The translations under genes and the position numbers were made by a program. This document shows, one piece after another, positions 1-15,927 of a stretch of 64,000 bases of DNA (positions within the stretch are counted from its first letter, which is position 1; each line of letters opens with the position of its first letter). This stretch comes from the human T2T-CHM13v2.0 reference genome, Homo sapiens: assembly GCF_009914755.1 (NCBI RefSeq), contig NC_060940.1. One strand, 5' to 3'. The notes under the pieces were generated by a model. It searched no databases, was not told the origin of the DNA, and was given only the letters and a program-made list of their open reading frames with translations.

Positions 1-426
1 GTTAAACAGTGCCATGCTTCTCACTAATTTTGTTATGGAAAATAGAACAATTTTTTTTAAATGTATGTATGTTCGTATGTAATAAATTTATTTTTAACTC
101 ACTTAAAATATTTGTTTAAACTTTTATTATGGTAAATGTATATACAACACACATAAACGAAACCTTTTGGAGTTCTCAGTGTTTCAGAGTATAAAGGACC
201 TTGAGACCAAAACATTCGAGATGTGAGTCAGCAGAGGCAGTGTGGTTAAGTGCCTTGCCCATGGTCATATAGCTAGTAAGTTGCAGAGCTGAGATTTGAA
301 TCCATCCAGTCTTTTGAACCTATACTTCTTGTCCTGGGACAGTTTAGGTAAGATTAATATTACATGTTTCTTGAGGATACACACCCATCCACACACGCCC
401 CCTGTAAAGTTATCTGAGCCTGGTGC

Positions 427-573
427 ATGTTATGTTATGTTATGTTATGTTATGTTATGTTATGTTATGTTATGTTATGTTATGTTATGTTATGTTATGT
501 TTTATGTTATGTTATGTTATGTTATGTTGTTATGTTATGTTATGTTATGTTATGTTATGTTATGTTATGTTAT
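427..573. repeat. (ATGTT)n pentanucleotide microsatellite, about 29 units
   Basis: Visible tandem array with two small interruptions near 501 and 527. Confidence 0.97.
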
Positions 574-677
574 TCAGGAGTTGGGGCCTTACCATATTGC
601 CCATGCCTGACTTGAACTTTTTGGCTCAAGCGATCCTCCTGCCTCAGGACTACAGACATCTGCTGCTGTGCCTGGCT
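574..677 (-). mobile_element. Alu monomer (FLAM/FRAM-like), antisense
   Basis: ggctcaagcgatcctcctgcctca...tgcctggct. Confidence 0.7.
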
Positions 678-808
678 TTTTTGTTTTTGTATTCCTGGTG
701 TGTTTTGGAGGGATAAATCTTGGGAGACCCTTTCAGAGTTTCTGCTGTTATACTATAGGACCTTCTATTCCTCTGTGAGCCTATTTTGGTAAATTATATT
801 TGATAAAG

Positions 809-1034
809 CAGAGTTTGGAAAACTACAGTCTGCAAGTGAAATCTGGCCCACTGCCTGTTTTTGCATATGCAGTGTTACGAAATATAGTCACATCCATTTG
901 TTTGCATTTACCTGTTGTCTATGACTGCTCTGGTGCTACACTGGCAGAGTTGAGTAGTTGTCACAGATTCTGTGGTCTGCAAAGCCCAAAATATTTACTC
1001 TCTCATCTTTACAGAAAGAACTTGCCAACCCCTG
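809..1034 (+). mobile_element. MER58A-like hAT-Charlie MITE
   Basis: cag...aaactac...ggcccactgcctgtttttg...ggcagagttgagtagttg...ttgccaacccctg. Confidence 0.8.
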
Positions 1035-1344
1035 TTGTATAACATAGTTCAATTTAGTTGGGTTTTGTTTTACTGGGATAGATTGTACATAGTATTTTCT
1101 TGTCTTTTGGTAATCTCCACGTTTGAATTTGTGTCTTTTTCATTCCCAGTGCTATTTATATCTCTTGTTTTTATTCCCATTGTTTGGGATGACCAAAATT
1201 TAGCCTGACTTATTGGTAACAGTGTTATGTTGGTGCTCCATCTTTTACTGTGCTCTCCAATAATTTAAATGCGATTAGATTTAGAGATACGTGTTTCTTT
1301 TTCTTTTTCTTTTTTCTTTTTTTGAAACAAGGTCTTGTTGTTGC

Positions 1345-1765
<421 letters not shown>

Positions 1766-3689
1766 TCATCAGGGAAATTATCTGATCCTGATGGACACTT
1801 TCATAAATTTGTCTTATTTCTTCTATGTAAACTAGCTAATCTGTTTAGATTTCCTGCCTCTTCTATAGTCAGTGTTAAATTACTCCCTCCTCCAGCTTTT
1901 CAAACTATTTATAGATTTGAACATAAATATATTAATTGCCGAAGGTTATTTTTTTCCATTTTCATTTTTTTAATAAAGTTTTAACTATTCTTTTTCATAG
2001 AAGCATGCCTTGGATTATATAGATTTACTTTAAAAGTCATTGATCTCTCTTTTATATTTACTAATTCCGTCTTTCTATTTCCTTTACTTTAGTATGTGCG
2101 GGTGTTTTCCCCCTTCTTGAGTTGGATTATTATGTTCTTGTTGGAAATAAGGCTATGAATTTTTTTGTGTGCACTGGTTTAGCTGGATCTTAAAATGTAT
2201 TGTATGCAGTGTTTCCAGTATTAATTTCTTGGTAACCCTGTAATTTAGTGTTTATTTCTTCTTCATCTTGAAATGTACTTTTTTCTTCTTTTTCTTTTCT
2301 GTTTTTAGCTGCAAAATTTGTGTTATGCAGTTGAAATTTATTTAAGGCAGATTTTTATTTGCTAGTTTTATCATTTTAGTGACATTGTATTGTAATCCAG
2401 AAATATCCACTGTATTATTTCTAGCCTTTGCAGTTTATTGATGTTTTCTTTGCTGCTGTATGGCATGCATGTGCGTGTGTTTGTGCACGCGTGTACATGC
2501 ATGCATGCATGTTAACCTATGATTGTTTCATGGGCATTTGTCAAAAAGATGTTACCTGTTTTCAAGATACATGGTTTTGCTTTTTTCCGGTTTTCTCTGT
2601 CTCCATTTATTTTGCATGTTTTGGTATTATGAGGCTTGGCATATGAAAGTGCTTAATTGCTCATATCTTTTTAGTTGTTTTTTTTATTATGAATATGAAA
2701 TTTGTCTTATCCTTTATAATGCTTTTCTCTTTGAATTTTGTCTGATATCAATATTGTTTTCATTTTAATTTTCTTAGCCTTTCTTGGTTGTATATCTTCC
2801 TCTCTACTTTTTTTTTTAACCTTGCTGCATTGTTTTGTTTTAGGAGTGCTTTTTGCGAAGTATATTGTTTTTCCTTTCTTAGTTTAAGAGGCTTTATCTT
2901 TTAACAAGTGAACTTAACCCATTCACATTTATTGTGACACAGATAATTGGGGGCTTCTATTTAGCATCCTAGTTTGCATTAACCAGAATTTTGAAATTTT
3001 TTAAAATTCCATTTTCCATGTCCGTTGAATAGATGAAGTTTTCTAATTTTCCTTTTTCCCCCCTTCCAGTGGTTTGGGTGATTATGAACATAGTTAACTT
3101 AAAATTTTTAACTACACATAAACCATGCCAGTATTAGTCAGTATTGATATTTGTTACCTAGCAACCCCCACCTACGTTCACTGTTTACTCCTTCTGCACT
3201 CATTACTTCTATGTCTTATTTTGTATCTAAGATTGTACTTCAGATTAGCTTCATGTAATAATCAGTAGTTACATTGTCTTGATGTCTTTACTGGTTTTAA
3301 TGAAGCTTTCTGGCCCCGGAAATGAATACCTATCTCAGCTTTGTATTCCACATGGTACTTTACTGATCAGAAGTACAGCAGTTACTTGAGTTCATGCCTT
3401 CATATAGATCATTCACAGTTTTTGTATATAGGTTTTCTTCTGGTTCTTTGATAAATAAAAAGCATCTTCCTGCTCCTTTCTCACAGACTTTGTTTGGACC
3501 TAAAACTGTCACAATTTTTTTTTTAATGTTTAGATTTTTAAAGTAATGAAGTGGCAACAAACCTGTATTACAGCAGCAGGTAGCTGCCACCTTAAGTTGA
3601 TGTTCAATTGCCAGATGCCACACTAAGTCCAGTACTAAGCATGTAAAAGCTGAGTAAGCATTTTTATGTTCCTCATAATGTTACATATA

Positions 3690-3995
3690 CAGTTGTCCCT
3701 TGGTATCTGTGATGCATTGGTTCCGGGACCCCCAACAGATACCAGAATTCATGGATGTTCAAGTCCCTTATATAAAATGGTGTAGTATTTGCATATAACC
3801 TAGACACATTCTTCTATATGCTTTGAATCATCTCTAGATTACTTACAATACCAAATATAATGTAAATGCTGTGTAAATAATTGCATTGGTTTTTATTTAT
3901 ATTTTTATTTTTGGTTTGTTTGTTTGCTTAGTATTTTTGATCCATGGTTGGTTGAATCTGTGGGTGGGGCACACATGGATGTGGAGGGCTGCCTG
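3690..3995. mobile_element. MER2 (Tc1/mariner-Tigger MITE)
   Basis: TA|CAGTTGTCCCT...AGGGCTGCCTG|TA: terminal inverted repeats and TA target duplication. Confidence 0.85.
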
Positions 3996-5877
3996 TACTT
4001 TATCTTCCTTAGGTTTCAGAGGTACTTTAGAATATTCTAGTGCCATATGGTCTTCATGAAGTGTTTTTGATAGCCAGTGTCTGCTTATTACTGCATGAGG
4101 TACACGAAGGAATATACGTTATTGTTACATATTAGAAGCATTATATTGTCTGGGAGACAAAATTTTCACCCATAATTAGGCCTAGAAAGCACTTTGCCCC
4201 AATTATCAGTAAGAGACTCATCAGTGAGCATCAAGAATGGAAAGGATTATAAACAGTAGATGGAATATTTGTAATTATTCACTGTAATTCTTCCTGAACT
4301 ACAATTTGTATTACTTTAGAAAAATGGAAGTCACATGGAAAAAAAAAAAGAGGCTAAGATCATATATTATATTAAAAAAGTATAAATGACATAGACTAAA
4401 TTTACCAGATGTTCAGAGAAGAAAGAAAATGGGGAGATCAGTTTGTTAGGTGAAGGGAGGCTAGAGCTGAGAGTGTGGAAGAGGAAGTTGGTGGCTATTG
4501 TAAACTCAGGTGACCAAGGCTTTAATGACATTGTCATATATATTGTAGGCATTTGATAAAGATTTCTTTTGGACACAGTAATAACTTCACTTCTGTTTAC
4601 TGAGTGGTTACAACACACTGGGCACTTGACCAAGACTGTTGCTACTTTATGGAGGAGAAAGACACAGAGGTAACTCAGATGGTGAATAGTGGGCTGTTTT
4701 AATTCCAGGGTGGGAGCTCTTAACCCTTGAATGGAGATTTTTCTCTGAGTGCCCTCACCAGTAACATGGGGGTGTTTCACTTCACTTATCTGACAGTGGT
4801 ATCTGTGAGGATACATTACAGCATTTCATAGAAACATTCAACTGCTACCAAAGTATAAGGTGGTATTGTGTCAGTCATTAACGAATAGCCACTGTTTATA
4901 TAGCCTTATGTTCTGTGTTTTATAAACATGAAGACATTTAACCTTAGGATAGCTCTGCAAGGTGTAGGTACTATCTCCATTTTACCGAGAAAACAGCAGG
5001 CTCAGTTAGGTTTATACAACTTGCCCAAAGACAGAAAGCTTGTAAAGGCAGGGCTGGGGTTGAAACCTGGCACCAAAAGCTCATACACCATGCATCTCTG
5101 TACTTCTCCAACTGGGTTTACTTACACTAGCTTAAGGCATTTCCATCCGTTTTATTTCTTTCTTTCCACTCTTTTATGAGTCAAAAATTTCCCTATTTGC
5201 AGTTTCCGATTTATTTTTCAGATTTAAGATAGAGCATCCAGATTATTTATCTCATTTTGATTCATCTCATAGATAACGTTATCTTTGTCTTTAGTTCCAT
5301 GTTCTGAGTTTGTCTTATATGATTCAGATATTACATTTTTAGCAAATACAGACATTGTTAACTTAGCCTTTTTGTAAGAAAACCAGCAGGTTGTTTTCTA
5401 ACCTTGTGTTGTTCTTGTGTTGTCTTCCAAAGATGAAAAATAGAGACCAAACACATTAACAATGAGGCAGAATAAGAACAGTTGCCAAGGAATAGAGGAT
5501 TCCCTTAGGACTACTGAAAATTGGTTGGCCACATTTGTTCTTTGAGTCATTGCGAGTTCCCTGGTTTTGTAATGATCCGATGATGATGTCTTTGACCAGA
5601 GAGTAATGTGGTAAAAGAGATAGTGAACATGAGTTGTTGTCTTGGCCGAAGGTCCCTGGGCCCTTATTGGGTAGGTAGGTAGCAGAAGTGAAATATGACT
5701 CTTGGCAGTGACATCTCCTAACAAAATTTGAGCCTGTAAATGAGGATATCCCTGCTCACAGAAAGCTTCTGTTTTTTTAGGATTATTTTTCTTAGTGCCT
5801 TTGAATTTAGATGGCTTACTTTGGAGGTACACTTTACTGGCTAATCTTTTCCACCCCTTTTCTTTTGTTGGGATTAG

Positions 5878-6303
5878 TGCCAGAACAGATAAAGCCCAGT
5901 GTAAGCCAGCCTCAGCCTGCCAACTCTAATAACGGCACTTCCACAGCAACCAGCACTAATAATAATGCCAAGCGAGCTACAGCCAACAATCAGCAGCCAC
6001 AGCAGCAGCAGCAACAGCAGCAGCCGCAGCAGCAGCAGCCACAGCAGCAGCCACAGCCGCAGCCGCAGCAGCAGCAGCCACAGCAGCAGCCACAGGCCTT
6101 GCCTCGGTATCCTCGTGAAGTACCTCCACGATTTCGCCACCAGGAACACAAACAGCTTCTAAAGAGGGGTCAGCATTTTCCTGTTATAGCAGCAAACCTT
6201 GGATCTGCTGTTAAGGTGTTAAACAGCCAGTCAGAAAGCAGTGCTTTAACAAATCAACAGCCACAAAATAACGGAGAGGTGCAGAACAGCAAAAACCAGT
6301 CAG
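5878..6303 (+). CDS. TNRC6A: TNRC6A coding exon (inferred exon 5): polyQ/P exon of the long isoform (TNGW1)
   Basis: ttag|TGCCAG acceptor and CAG|gtgag donor; 426 nt, phase 1-1; encodes [11 protein letters not shown]...QQPQQQQ...[24 protein letters not shown]. Confidence 0.95.
5991..6095 (+). repeat. Interrupted CAG/CCA/CCG trinucleotide repeat encoding a Gln/Pro tract
   Basis: QQPQ8PQ4PQ3PQPQPQ4PQ3PQ; longest pure CAG run is 4 units. Confidence 0.95.
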
Positions 6304-9300
6304 GTGAGAGAAGGCATTTCTTACGAGACTCACACCTTATCATCATTAGCTGTATAGCAAGTTGATAAATTCGTAGCTTTTTGGTGATGTATTTGTATTC
6401 ATCAGTATGTGGGCTTTAATGTAAGAGTTCTTTATAGGGAGTTATGAATGGGGAATCTTAGAATATTTCCTGTAAGTTACCTACTTTAAAATGATTATTT
6501 TAATTACTTATTCTCCCTTCAGGTTCTGCCCATTTTAATAAGGAGCTTATAGCTAAAGTTGACTATAAGACTGTAGCTAAAATTGAGCACCCTTCCCCCC
6601 AGGCCATGTGCTGAGCAGTTATACATATTATTGCATTTAATCTTCAACAACGTTGTGAGACTGAGTTCTTACCTCCACTTTCAGTAGAGGCAGCTGACAT
6701 ACCAAGATGTTAAATAACTTGCCCAGGCTCATTCAGTTACCACATGCCATAAAAAGACTGGCACTCATAGAAATTATATTCAAACAGAGGAAATGCATTC
6801 AGTTATTTGTCTCAGAGTGGCTTCTCTGAGCTTGGTAGTGATGGTGAGGCAGAAAATAAATCTGGTATGTGATTACAGGTTTTCTCAAAACCCAGTTTGT
6901 TTCAACATGTTCTGGAAAGTTTTGATGGTCTGTTAGTCTGTCCATCCATTCATTTATCCAACTATTTGAAAGCTTTACCACAAGCCAGGTAGAGAATTAG
7001 GTGCTAGGGTTGAGGGGGAATGAAGGTGCCCATACAAGAACACACTTCTAGAGGCAGTATAGCATACTGATAAAGAAGGAAGTCTCTAGAATCAGATAGA
7101 CTAGGGCCTTACATCCCGGTGCCCCCATATCCCAGTGTGTGTGACCTTGGGCAGGTTACTTAATTGCTCTATGTGCCTGAGCAGTCTTTCCTAACTGTGC
7201 CAGGTAGTTACTCACTTTCTATACCTGTGCTCTCTTTTATATACCAAGAACTACTCTGTACATTGTAATATATTATGGTATTTCACAGTGAATAAGTAGC
7301 AGATCCTGGACTCACATCAAGATCTGTCTGACTCCAAAGATATGCTTGTAACCACCATGCTGTGCTTTGGCAACATACAGGATGTGATTGGTAATGAGGA
7401 AGAGGACACAAATGTGAGTTTTCTAGCATAGGCACATTGTTATTGGAAAGGATACAAATTTAAGTCATTGTCCTGAGTTAATATTTACTTGCTAATTTCC
7501 CAGCACCTTATTACCTGTGTGAGCTTGGCCATAACACATCTGACCTTCTTTGCTAATCTGTAAAACAGTAGTACCCAACCCTATAAGGCTGCTGTGTAGA
7601 CTTAATTACATGACATGTTATTAAAGGAACTACCTTAATGCCTGGTATCTAGGTGCCAAATAAATTATCTTCCTAATAACTCTTATAGAAGGACCTGTAC
7701 TCTTCAAGAAGAGTTTGGTTAATACTAGATCTAATGCCAAGTAGTAGGCAATTAGTCATTTGAAGTTCATCTGGGGAGTCAGATTGGAAGCAAATGTACT
7801 GGTCATCAGCATAATGAAAAATGTGGTTAAAAACTTCGGGAGAGGTTAGTTATACAACAGATGATGGAGTACCTGCTGTGAGCTAAGGAAGGTGGAATGG
7901 TACTGAACAAGACAGTGAAGTGGGATAGTATATTTAGAAAATATGTCAAATATGCCTTTTCACTTGGGGAAATGAAGAGAACCTGTTTTTGGATGGAAAC
8001 AACAGGAGTGTAAGAATCTTGCTTCTCAAAAATAACTATGAGTCAAAAATATCAAAAGTGTTACAGGTGTGGGTTCAGATGAGAAGAAGGCCTCAGGTGT
8101 GGGCATAGGAAGAAGCTTTCAAAAAATGTCTGAGAAGGAAAAACGTCATGCCTATTTCTAAAAGAATTTTACTAGGGTGGACTGCATTGATGTGGAGGCT
8201 AAGGTGGAAGTGAGGAGGGTGCAGCAATCTGACTGAAGCCTGGATTCAATCTCAAAAAACAACTAGAAAATGCAGATGATGAAGCCAAGGCATTCCAAAG
8301 AAGAGCCAGATTTGTACTTTTGTCTCTTAAAAAATTTATGAATCCCCACTTAACAGCATATTTTACATATTTACATTAAAACATCTTTCTAAGTGTTACT
8401 AGGATTGGTAATAGAAACTTTAGCTTGCAAAATAGACCAGGAGAGTCAGTGAAGGCCTCTTATGAGTTAGGTATCTCCAGCTCCTACCAAGTTATTAATA
8501 TTAATAACGATACAGTGGCTAATCCTTATGGGGTGCTTACTGTGCCCACACACTACTAACTCATTTAATACTTCTTTTACAGAGTAGATAGTATCATGTT
8601 CATTTTACAGATTAGGAAGTAGCCTAGAGGCCAGTGAAGAACAAGGTACTAGTTAGTATAAACAGCGTGCACAGTAGCCCAGAAACACAAACATTCTTTG
8701 TTGTGAACTACATGTAGTTCAGAATTGGGAGAACATAGTGTTGGCTTGGTTTTTTGTTTTGTTTTGTTTTGTTTGATCTATTCGTATTTGGCTTTTTTAC
8801 ATTCTCATTTTTAATTTTTTTAGAATCCTGTGCTAGTCAAACTAGACAACTCTGCAGACCAGCCCTGGGCTGCCATTTTGGGGCTGTGCCTCAGACACTT
8901 ATTGATGGTTTAAATTGAGACTTGAGACCTCTTTTTTGCAGTTGACCACTTAGACCCCAAAGAGGTGAAATAACTGTTTAATATGGGGGCCCACAAACCA
9001 TGTAATGAAAGTGAAGGCTTTGGGGGGATGACTAGGCTCAACAGGAGCAATATTGTTCTTATAGGCCAAAGTGTTCTATCCTATTTTTTATCCACCTGAC
9101 ATGATCCATACAGAAAAATTAAGAAGACTAACATAGTGAACACTCGTATACCCTCCACCCAAAACTGGTGGTGGTTAACATTGTCCCATCTTGACTTGAC
9201 ACACCTCTCTTTCTCTCTCTCATATATGCATGCATGTGCACATTATTGTTGAACCACTTAAAAGTAAGTATGCAAACATTATGGCACTTCAACTTTAATC

Positions 9301-9987
9301 CTTCCACAGGTAATTATCCTAAGAATAAGCATAGTCTCCTATACAACCACAATACCATTATCACCCCTAAGTAAAAGAACAACAACAATATCTTCTGATA
9401 GTTTATATCCACATTTTTGCTAGTTGTCCCAAGAATGTATTGCTTGCTTGTTTGTTCACAGTATGTTAGTGTTTATATAAAATATAAAGCATATAGAACA
9501 CTATGTATTGCTTAGGGGATGAATTCAAATGTAGTGAGATATAAAGATTTACATGAGTGATTACCACTGGTATACCTACTGGCGAAGGAAAGAGAGAGAA
9601 TACCTGCGAGTTTTTTCTGCCATATTAGTAACGCATTTCTTAAGGTGTATGAGTATATTTTATATTACTCTTTTATGGCCTTATCTATTATGTTTGAAGT
9701 AGTTTTTTTTTTTTAAAGAAAAAGACATTTGAGGCATAATGGTGAATGACCAATAATTGGGATGTTTTAACCAAAAGTGTTAACATTAAAGTTTCTGGAG
9801 ATATTTAAAGGTTAAAATGCTGTCCATCCCCATCCATCCGTGCTCTTGCATTGGGCTTTTAGCACGGTGTACCTCCTTGCTGTCTTGCAACTTCTACTAC
9901 TTGCTTGCAACTTGCACCTTCCCCTTGGACGATAAACAAACTCAGATCTTCTCTATCCTTAAAAAAATTTTCTTAAGCCTCCATACT

Positions 9988-10302
9988 CTTTTTTTTTTTT
10001 TTTTTTTTTTTTTGGAGGAGACAGCGTCTTACTTTGTCACCCAGACTGGAGTGCAGTGGCATGAACACGGCTCACTACAGCCTCAACCTCCCAGCTCAAG
10101 TAATCCTCCCACCTCAGTGAGTCTCCCTGAGTAGCTGGGACTACAGGCGTTCACCACCACACCTGGCTAATTTTTGTGTGTTTTGTAGAGATGGGGTTTT
10201 GCCATGTTGCCTAGGCCAGTCTTGAACTCCTGAGCTCAAGCTATCTGCCTGCCTTGGCCTCCCAAATTGCTGGGATTACAGGTGTGAGCCACCACACCCG
10301 GC
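9988..10302 (-). mobile_element. Alu (J-like), antisense
   Basis: Poly-T followed by reverse Alu consensus. Confidence 0.9.
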
Positions 10303-10698
10303 AAAATTCCCATACTCTTTTGAGGCTATTACAGAATTTCTCCCTCCCCCCTTTCAGTGTTACTGAAGGAATAGTCTGTACTTGCAGTCTTTAATGTATT
10401 ACATCAGTCTCTCATAATCTGGCTTCTGCTCACTTGACTAAAATAACTCTATTGCTGAAGTCACTGATCTTCTGAATGTCAAATGCAAACCTTTTTGTTC
10501 CCTCCCAAGGCTTTGTTTCAGATCTCGCCACATTTTAGGTCCTCTTCTGGAAGTCTTCAGCTGATGTTGGGCCCCTCAAAACTCAGTATGTCCAAACTTG
10601 AACTCTTTGTGTTGCCCCGTACCACTTCCTCCTCCTGCGTTCCTTTGCTCAAATAGTTGCCACCCCCATTCATCCAGCCACCCATCTAGAAACCTTGA

Positions 10699-11066
<368 letters not shown>

Positions 11067-11344
11067 AATTTTAACTCTTAAATGCCTCCCACTTTTCCCA
11101 TCTCCCTTTGATACTGCCATCAGTTGCAACAAGTTGCCCTGGTTGAGGTGTTCACCATCTGGTCTAGAGCAACATCCCCAAGGATGTCTTTTATATCCAT
11201 CTCCCTACCACTTTCACCCCATCTCTCAAACCGGAAGCCAGTCATGATTCATGCATTGCATTTGGTTGTGATATTGCATTTGTCTTTTTTATTCTGGAAC
11301 AGAGATCTGGGCCTATTTTAGTCCAGCTTTTTTGGGAGGTACCT

Positions 11345-11480
11345 ACACCCATTCATTTACATGTCGTCTGGGCTGCTTTCAAGCTACAATGGCAGAGTTA
11401 AATAGTTTTCACAGACCATCTGGCTCGCAAGGCCTAAAATGTTTAACTGGACCTGTATAGAACAAGTTTGCCAACCCCTG
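11345..11480 (+). mobile_element. MER58A-like 3' fragment
   Basis: Similar to 809-1034; ends tttgccaacccctg. Confidence 0.7.
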
Positions 11481-11540
11481 AACCAAAGGCAAGAATAACC
11501 AGATGAGACATTTTGAATTTTGTACGTAAGAGTGATTTGA

Positions 11541-11826
11541 GGCCGGGCGTGGTGGCTCATGCCTGTAATCCCAGTGCTTTGGGAGGCTGAGGTGGGCGGA
11601 TCACAAGGTCAGGAGATCTAGAGCATCCTGGCTAACAGGGTGAAACCCCCTCTCTACTAAAAATACAAAAAACAAAATTAGCCAGGCGTGGTGGCGGGCT
11701 CCTGTAGTCCCAGCTACTCGGGAGGCTGAGGCAGGGAACCCAGGAGGCAGAGCTTACAGTGAGCCGAGATCGCGCCACTGCACTCCAGCCTGGGCGACAG
11801 AGCAAGACTCCGTCTGACAAAAAAAA
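11541..11826 (+). mobile_element. Alu (Y-like), sense
   Basis: TSD aagagtgatttga on both sides. Confidence 0.92.
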
Positions 11827-12065
11827 GAGTGATTTGAAACTGTACATCTAAGGTTCTCTCGTATTCCCAATGGTACCATCTCTCTCATACTCCTTGGAAA
11901 CATTGTAAAACATAAATATTATTTACTTTCGAAGCTCTTCCCTTTCTGGCAAAATTGAAAGTCTTTAAGGCAGAAAATAAATATTTAACTGTTTTGTTTG
12001 TTAGATGCTGTATATTTAGAAGAAAAATATTTGAAGGTCCATGGATCTAAATTCTTCCTGAATAA

Positions 12066-12373
<308 letters not shown>

Positions 12374-12863
12374 GATGCTGTTTTTTTATGTCGCTAGAAT
12401 TATCACCAGTCTTCGTTCAGCCCCCACATAACCTCTTTGATCTTTTTTGGATAGATGTTCTATTATGTACAATTTTTTTTTTTTTTGAGTGTGGTACTGT
12501 AGGTGATCACACTTCTGTGGGCATTTTGTATGAAAGTAGGATGTTAATGATGCTTTAGATTTCAAATATTTCTAAATAACGCGCAACCTTCCAAATCTTA
12601 AGTTTGCCTACAGCATTGCAGCGTATAAACATTTTGCATTACACTCAGTAAAACTCAGCCGCTCCCTTTCTTCCTACTAGCACAGAGATTAACTATTTCT
12701 CATTATTTCCTGGAAAGCTGAGTGATAATACTCTACTTAATGATGTTCCTCTATGTTTATCTTCCAGATCATTTACAACACTGGGTCTTGTGTGTCTTTA
12801 AGTGAAATAAATTATTTGACTTCTTCCAAATCTGAAATAATCTCTGACTCTGAAACATATTAG

Positions 12864-13565
<702 letters not shown>

Positions 13566-15231
13566 GAATTTTTTTTCCTAAACTACAACCTTTTTTACAA
13601 CCCAGAATACCTTGTAACTCACCATTGGTAACCCAATTTTTAAAATAATCTTTAGGTTTTGATCAAGTGGCTTCTAGATTAAAAATGGGATTTTAGTTAA
13701 TAATATTTTAAAAGACAAACTTAGCCACCAAACCGGGTCATGACCAGAATCTGAGAACATTTTTCACTAACATTAAAGGTGATAGAACTCATTTGCAGAA
13801 TATATTCAGGCGTTTGCTTTTTTGCTTTGCTTTTGATGTATTCTAACATTAACAAGTGAAATCTGCCACGTATGGTTTATGTATAAAAATACTTATTCAC
13901 TGATAGCTTCATGATTTCGTCTTTTACTTTTAATGTTTTAATCATTTGGGATTATTTTTATTTATTATCTCATTTTAAAAAGTTTTCAAGTACTGAATAT
14001 TCCCTTTCTCCACTGATTTAAAATGCTAATCCTTGAAATAGTATCTTTGACATATACTTGGATCTGTTTCTGGGTTACTTTTTCTGTTCAGTCAAAGTGC
14101 TCTCTGGCAATGCAGTGCTGTTCAACTATTTCCTGATAATGCAGATTCCCTTCTTCACAACCTCTTCTTTTTGAAATTTTTTAGAGGGTTACTTCCCCAC
14201 TTGCTTTACAGAATTTTTAAATCACTTGTAATCATTTTGCAGACTCTTGTTAACAATTTCTTATAACTGAATTAAACTTAGAGCATTGTTACACCTTCAT
14301 ATCCAGGAACAAGTTTCTTCACTTTCAAGTGTCTTCTATAGCCAGCAATAAAATATAATCATATATGACTTTAAATATTTTTGCTAGCTTTATTCCTGTT
14401 ACTTTATGGCTGTTAATGATTAAGATCTTTTCCCATCAACATTTTCTCCTGGATTATTTTTGGCATATAGAAAGGAAATTGTTTTTTCATGTTGATCTTT
14501 TTTGCCTCTATTCTATTATTTTTACCTCTCATTTTTGAGTCATATTTTATCAGTTACTACTTCTAAAACTGGACCAAATAGTAGTATTGATGACAAGTAT
14601 TTTTGTCTTTTTCTTGTCATTATGGGAATGCTTCTGGTGTTTCCCTCTTGAATTCTGGATCCATTTCTTTATTTTCCATTTGGGTAGTTTTGTTTTCGAT
14701 GGCCAATCTTGTTTTCTTACTCCTGCCTTGTGAAAGTGGCCACACACACTTAACGCACGCAAATAGTGGCAGCAGAAATACGTTTGTAGTAGTCCAGGAA
14801 AAGACAGTGACAAGGGCTGGACTGTCTTAGATTTGGAAAAAAGATGTATGGATTTTGGACTTGATGATGTTTTGGATTTGCTGTGCACAGGGAGGAATAA
14901 AAGATAAATTCTAGGTGTTAGGAAACTTACTGAGATGAGAAAAACTTGTAAAGAAGCAGTTTTTGCCCCGTTTGGGAGGAGAGCAATTTATACTCTGTTG
15001 GAGTGTAAATCTGGAATCTGAAGATTCTGCTAAAGATATCTAAGTGGAAATTTTAAGTAAGGAAGTTATATGATTTCTCATTTTGTTCTTTATAAGGGAG
15101 ACATGGTGGAATGAAAAACATGCTTTGGAGATAGGACTAAAAGATGATAATCATTAGCATGCATTTATCAATGATAATAATGGCCCTCATTTATTAAGCA
15201 CCTAATATGGATCAGATATAGTTCAGAGTCC

Positions 15232-15927
15232 TTTTTTGTTTTTTTTTGTTGTTGTTGTTGTTTTGTTTTGTTTTGTTTTGTTTTTTTTGAGACGGAGTCT
15301 TGCTTTGTTGCCCAGGCTGGAGTGCAGTGGCACGATCTTGGCTCACTGCAAGCTCTGCTTCCCAGGTTCATGCCATTCTGCCTCAGCCTCCCGAGTAGCT
15401 GGGACTGCAGGCACCCACCACCACGCCCAGCTAATTTTTTTGTAGAGATGGGCTTTCTCCGTGTTAGCCAGGATGGTCTCGATCTGCTGACTTCGTGATC
15501 CTCCCGCCTCGGCTCCCTAAAATGCTGGGATTACAGGCGTGAACCATCACGCCTGGCCAGTACAGAGTACTTTTAATAATCTGCACCACAGTTGTGTGAG
15601 ATTGGTACTAATACTGTTTCGTTTTTGTTGTTGTTTTTGTGTTTTGAGATGGAGTCTCACTCTGTTGCCAGGCTGGAGTGCAGTGGCGCCATCTCGGCTC
15701 ACGGCAACAGCCTCTGCCTCCGCGGTTTAAGCAATTCTGCCTCAGCCTCCTGAGTAGCTGGGACTGCAGGCGCCTGCCACCACGTCCGGCTCATTTTTTG
15801 TATTTTTAGTAGAGACAGGGTTTCACCATGTTGGCCAGGATGGTCTCGAACTCCAGACCTCGTGATCCCCTCGCCTTGGCCTCCCAAAGTGTTGAGATTA
15901 CAGGCATAAGCCACGGCGCCCGGCCTG
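15232..15927 (-). mobile_element. Two antisense Alus inserted into a MIR relic
   Basis: The second Alu has a 17-bp TSD ggtactaatactgtttc; MIR core (ggtcacacagctagtaaatgg) resumes after 15945. Confidence 0.88.

Noticed and set aside
427-573. Identification as the FAME6 TTTTA/TTTCA locus
   Set aside because: The motif differs and no TTTCA array is present in the window.
296-716. ORFs of repeated MLCYV
   Set aside because: Translations of the (ATGTT)n microsatellite.
5578-5640. Box C-like ATGATGA suggesting an intronic snoRNA
   Set aside because: No suitably placed box D (CTGA) or terminal stem.
5991-6095. Pathogenic-type CAG expansion locus
   Set aside because: Longest pure CAG run is only 4 and the tract is heavily interrupted, so large expansion is unlikely.
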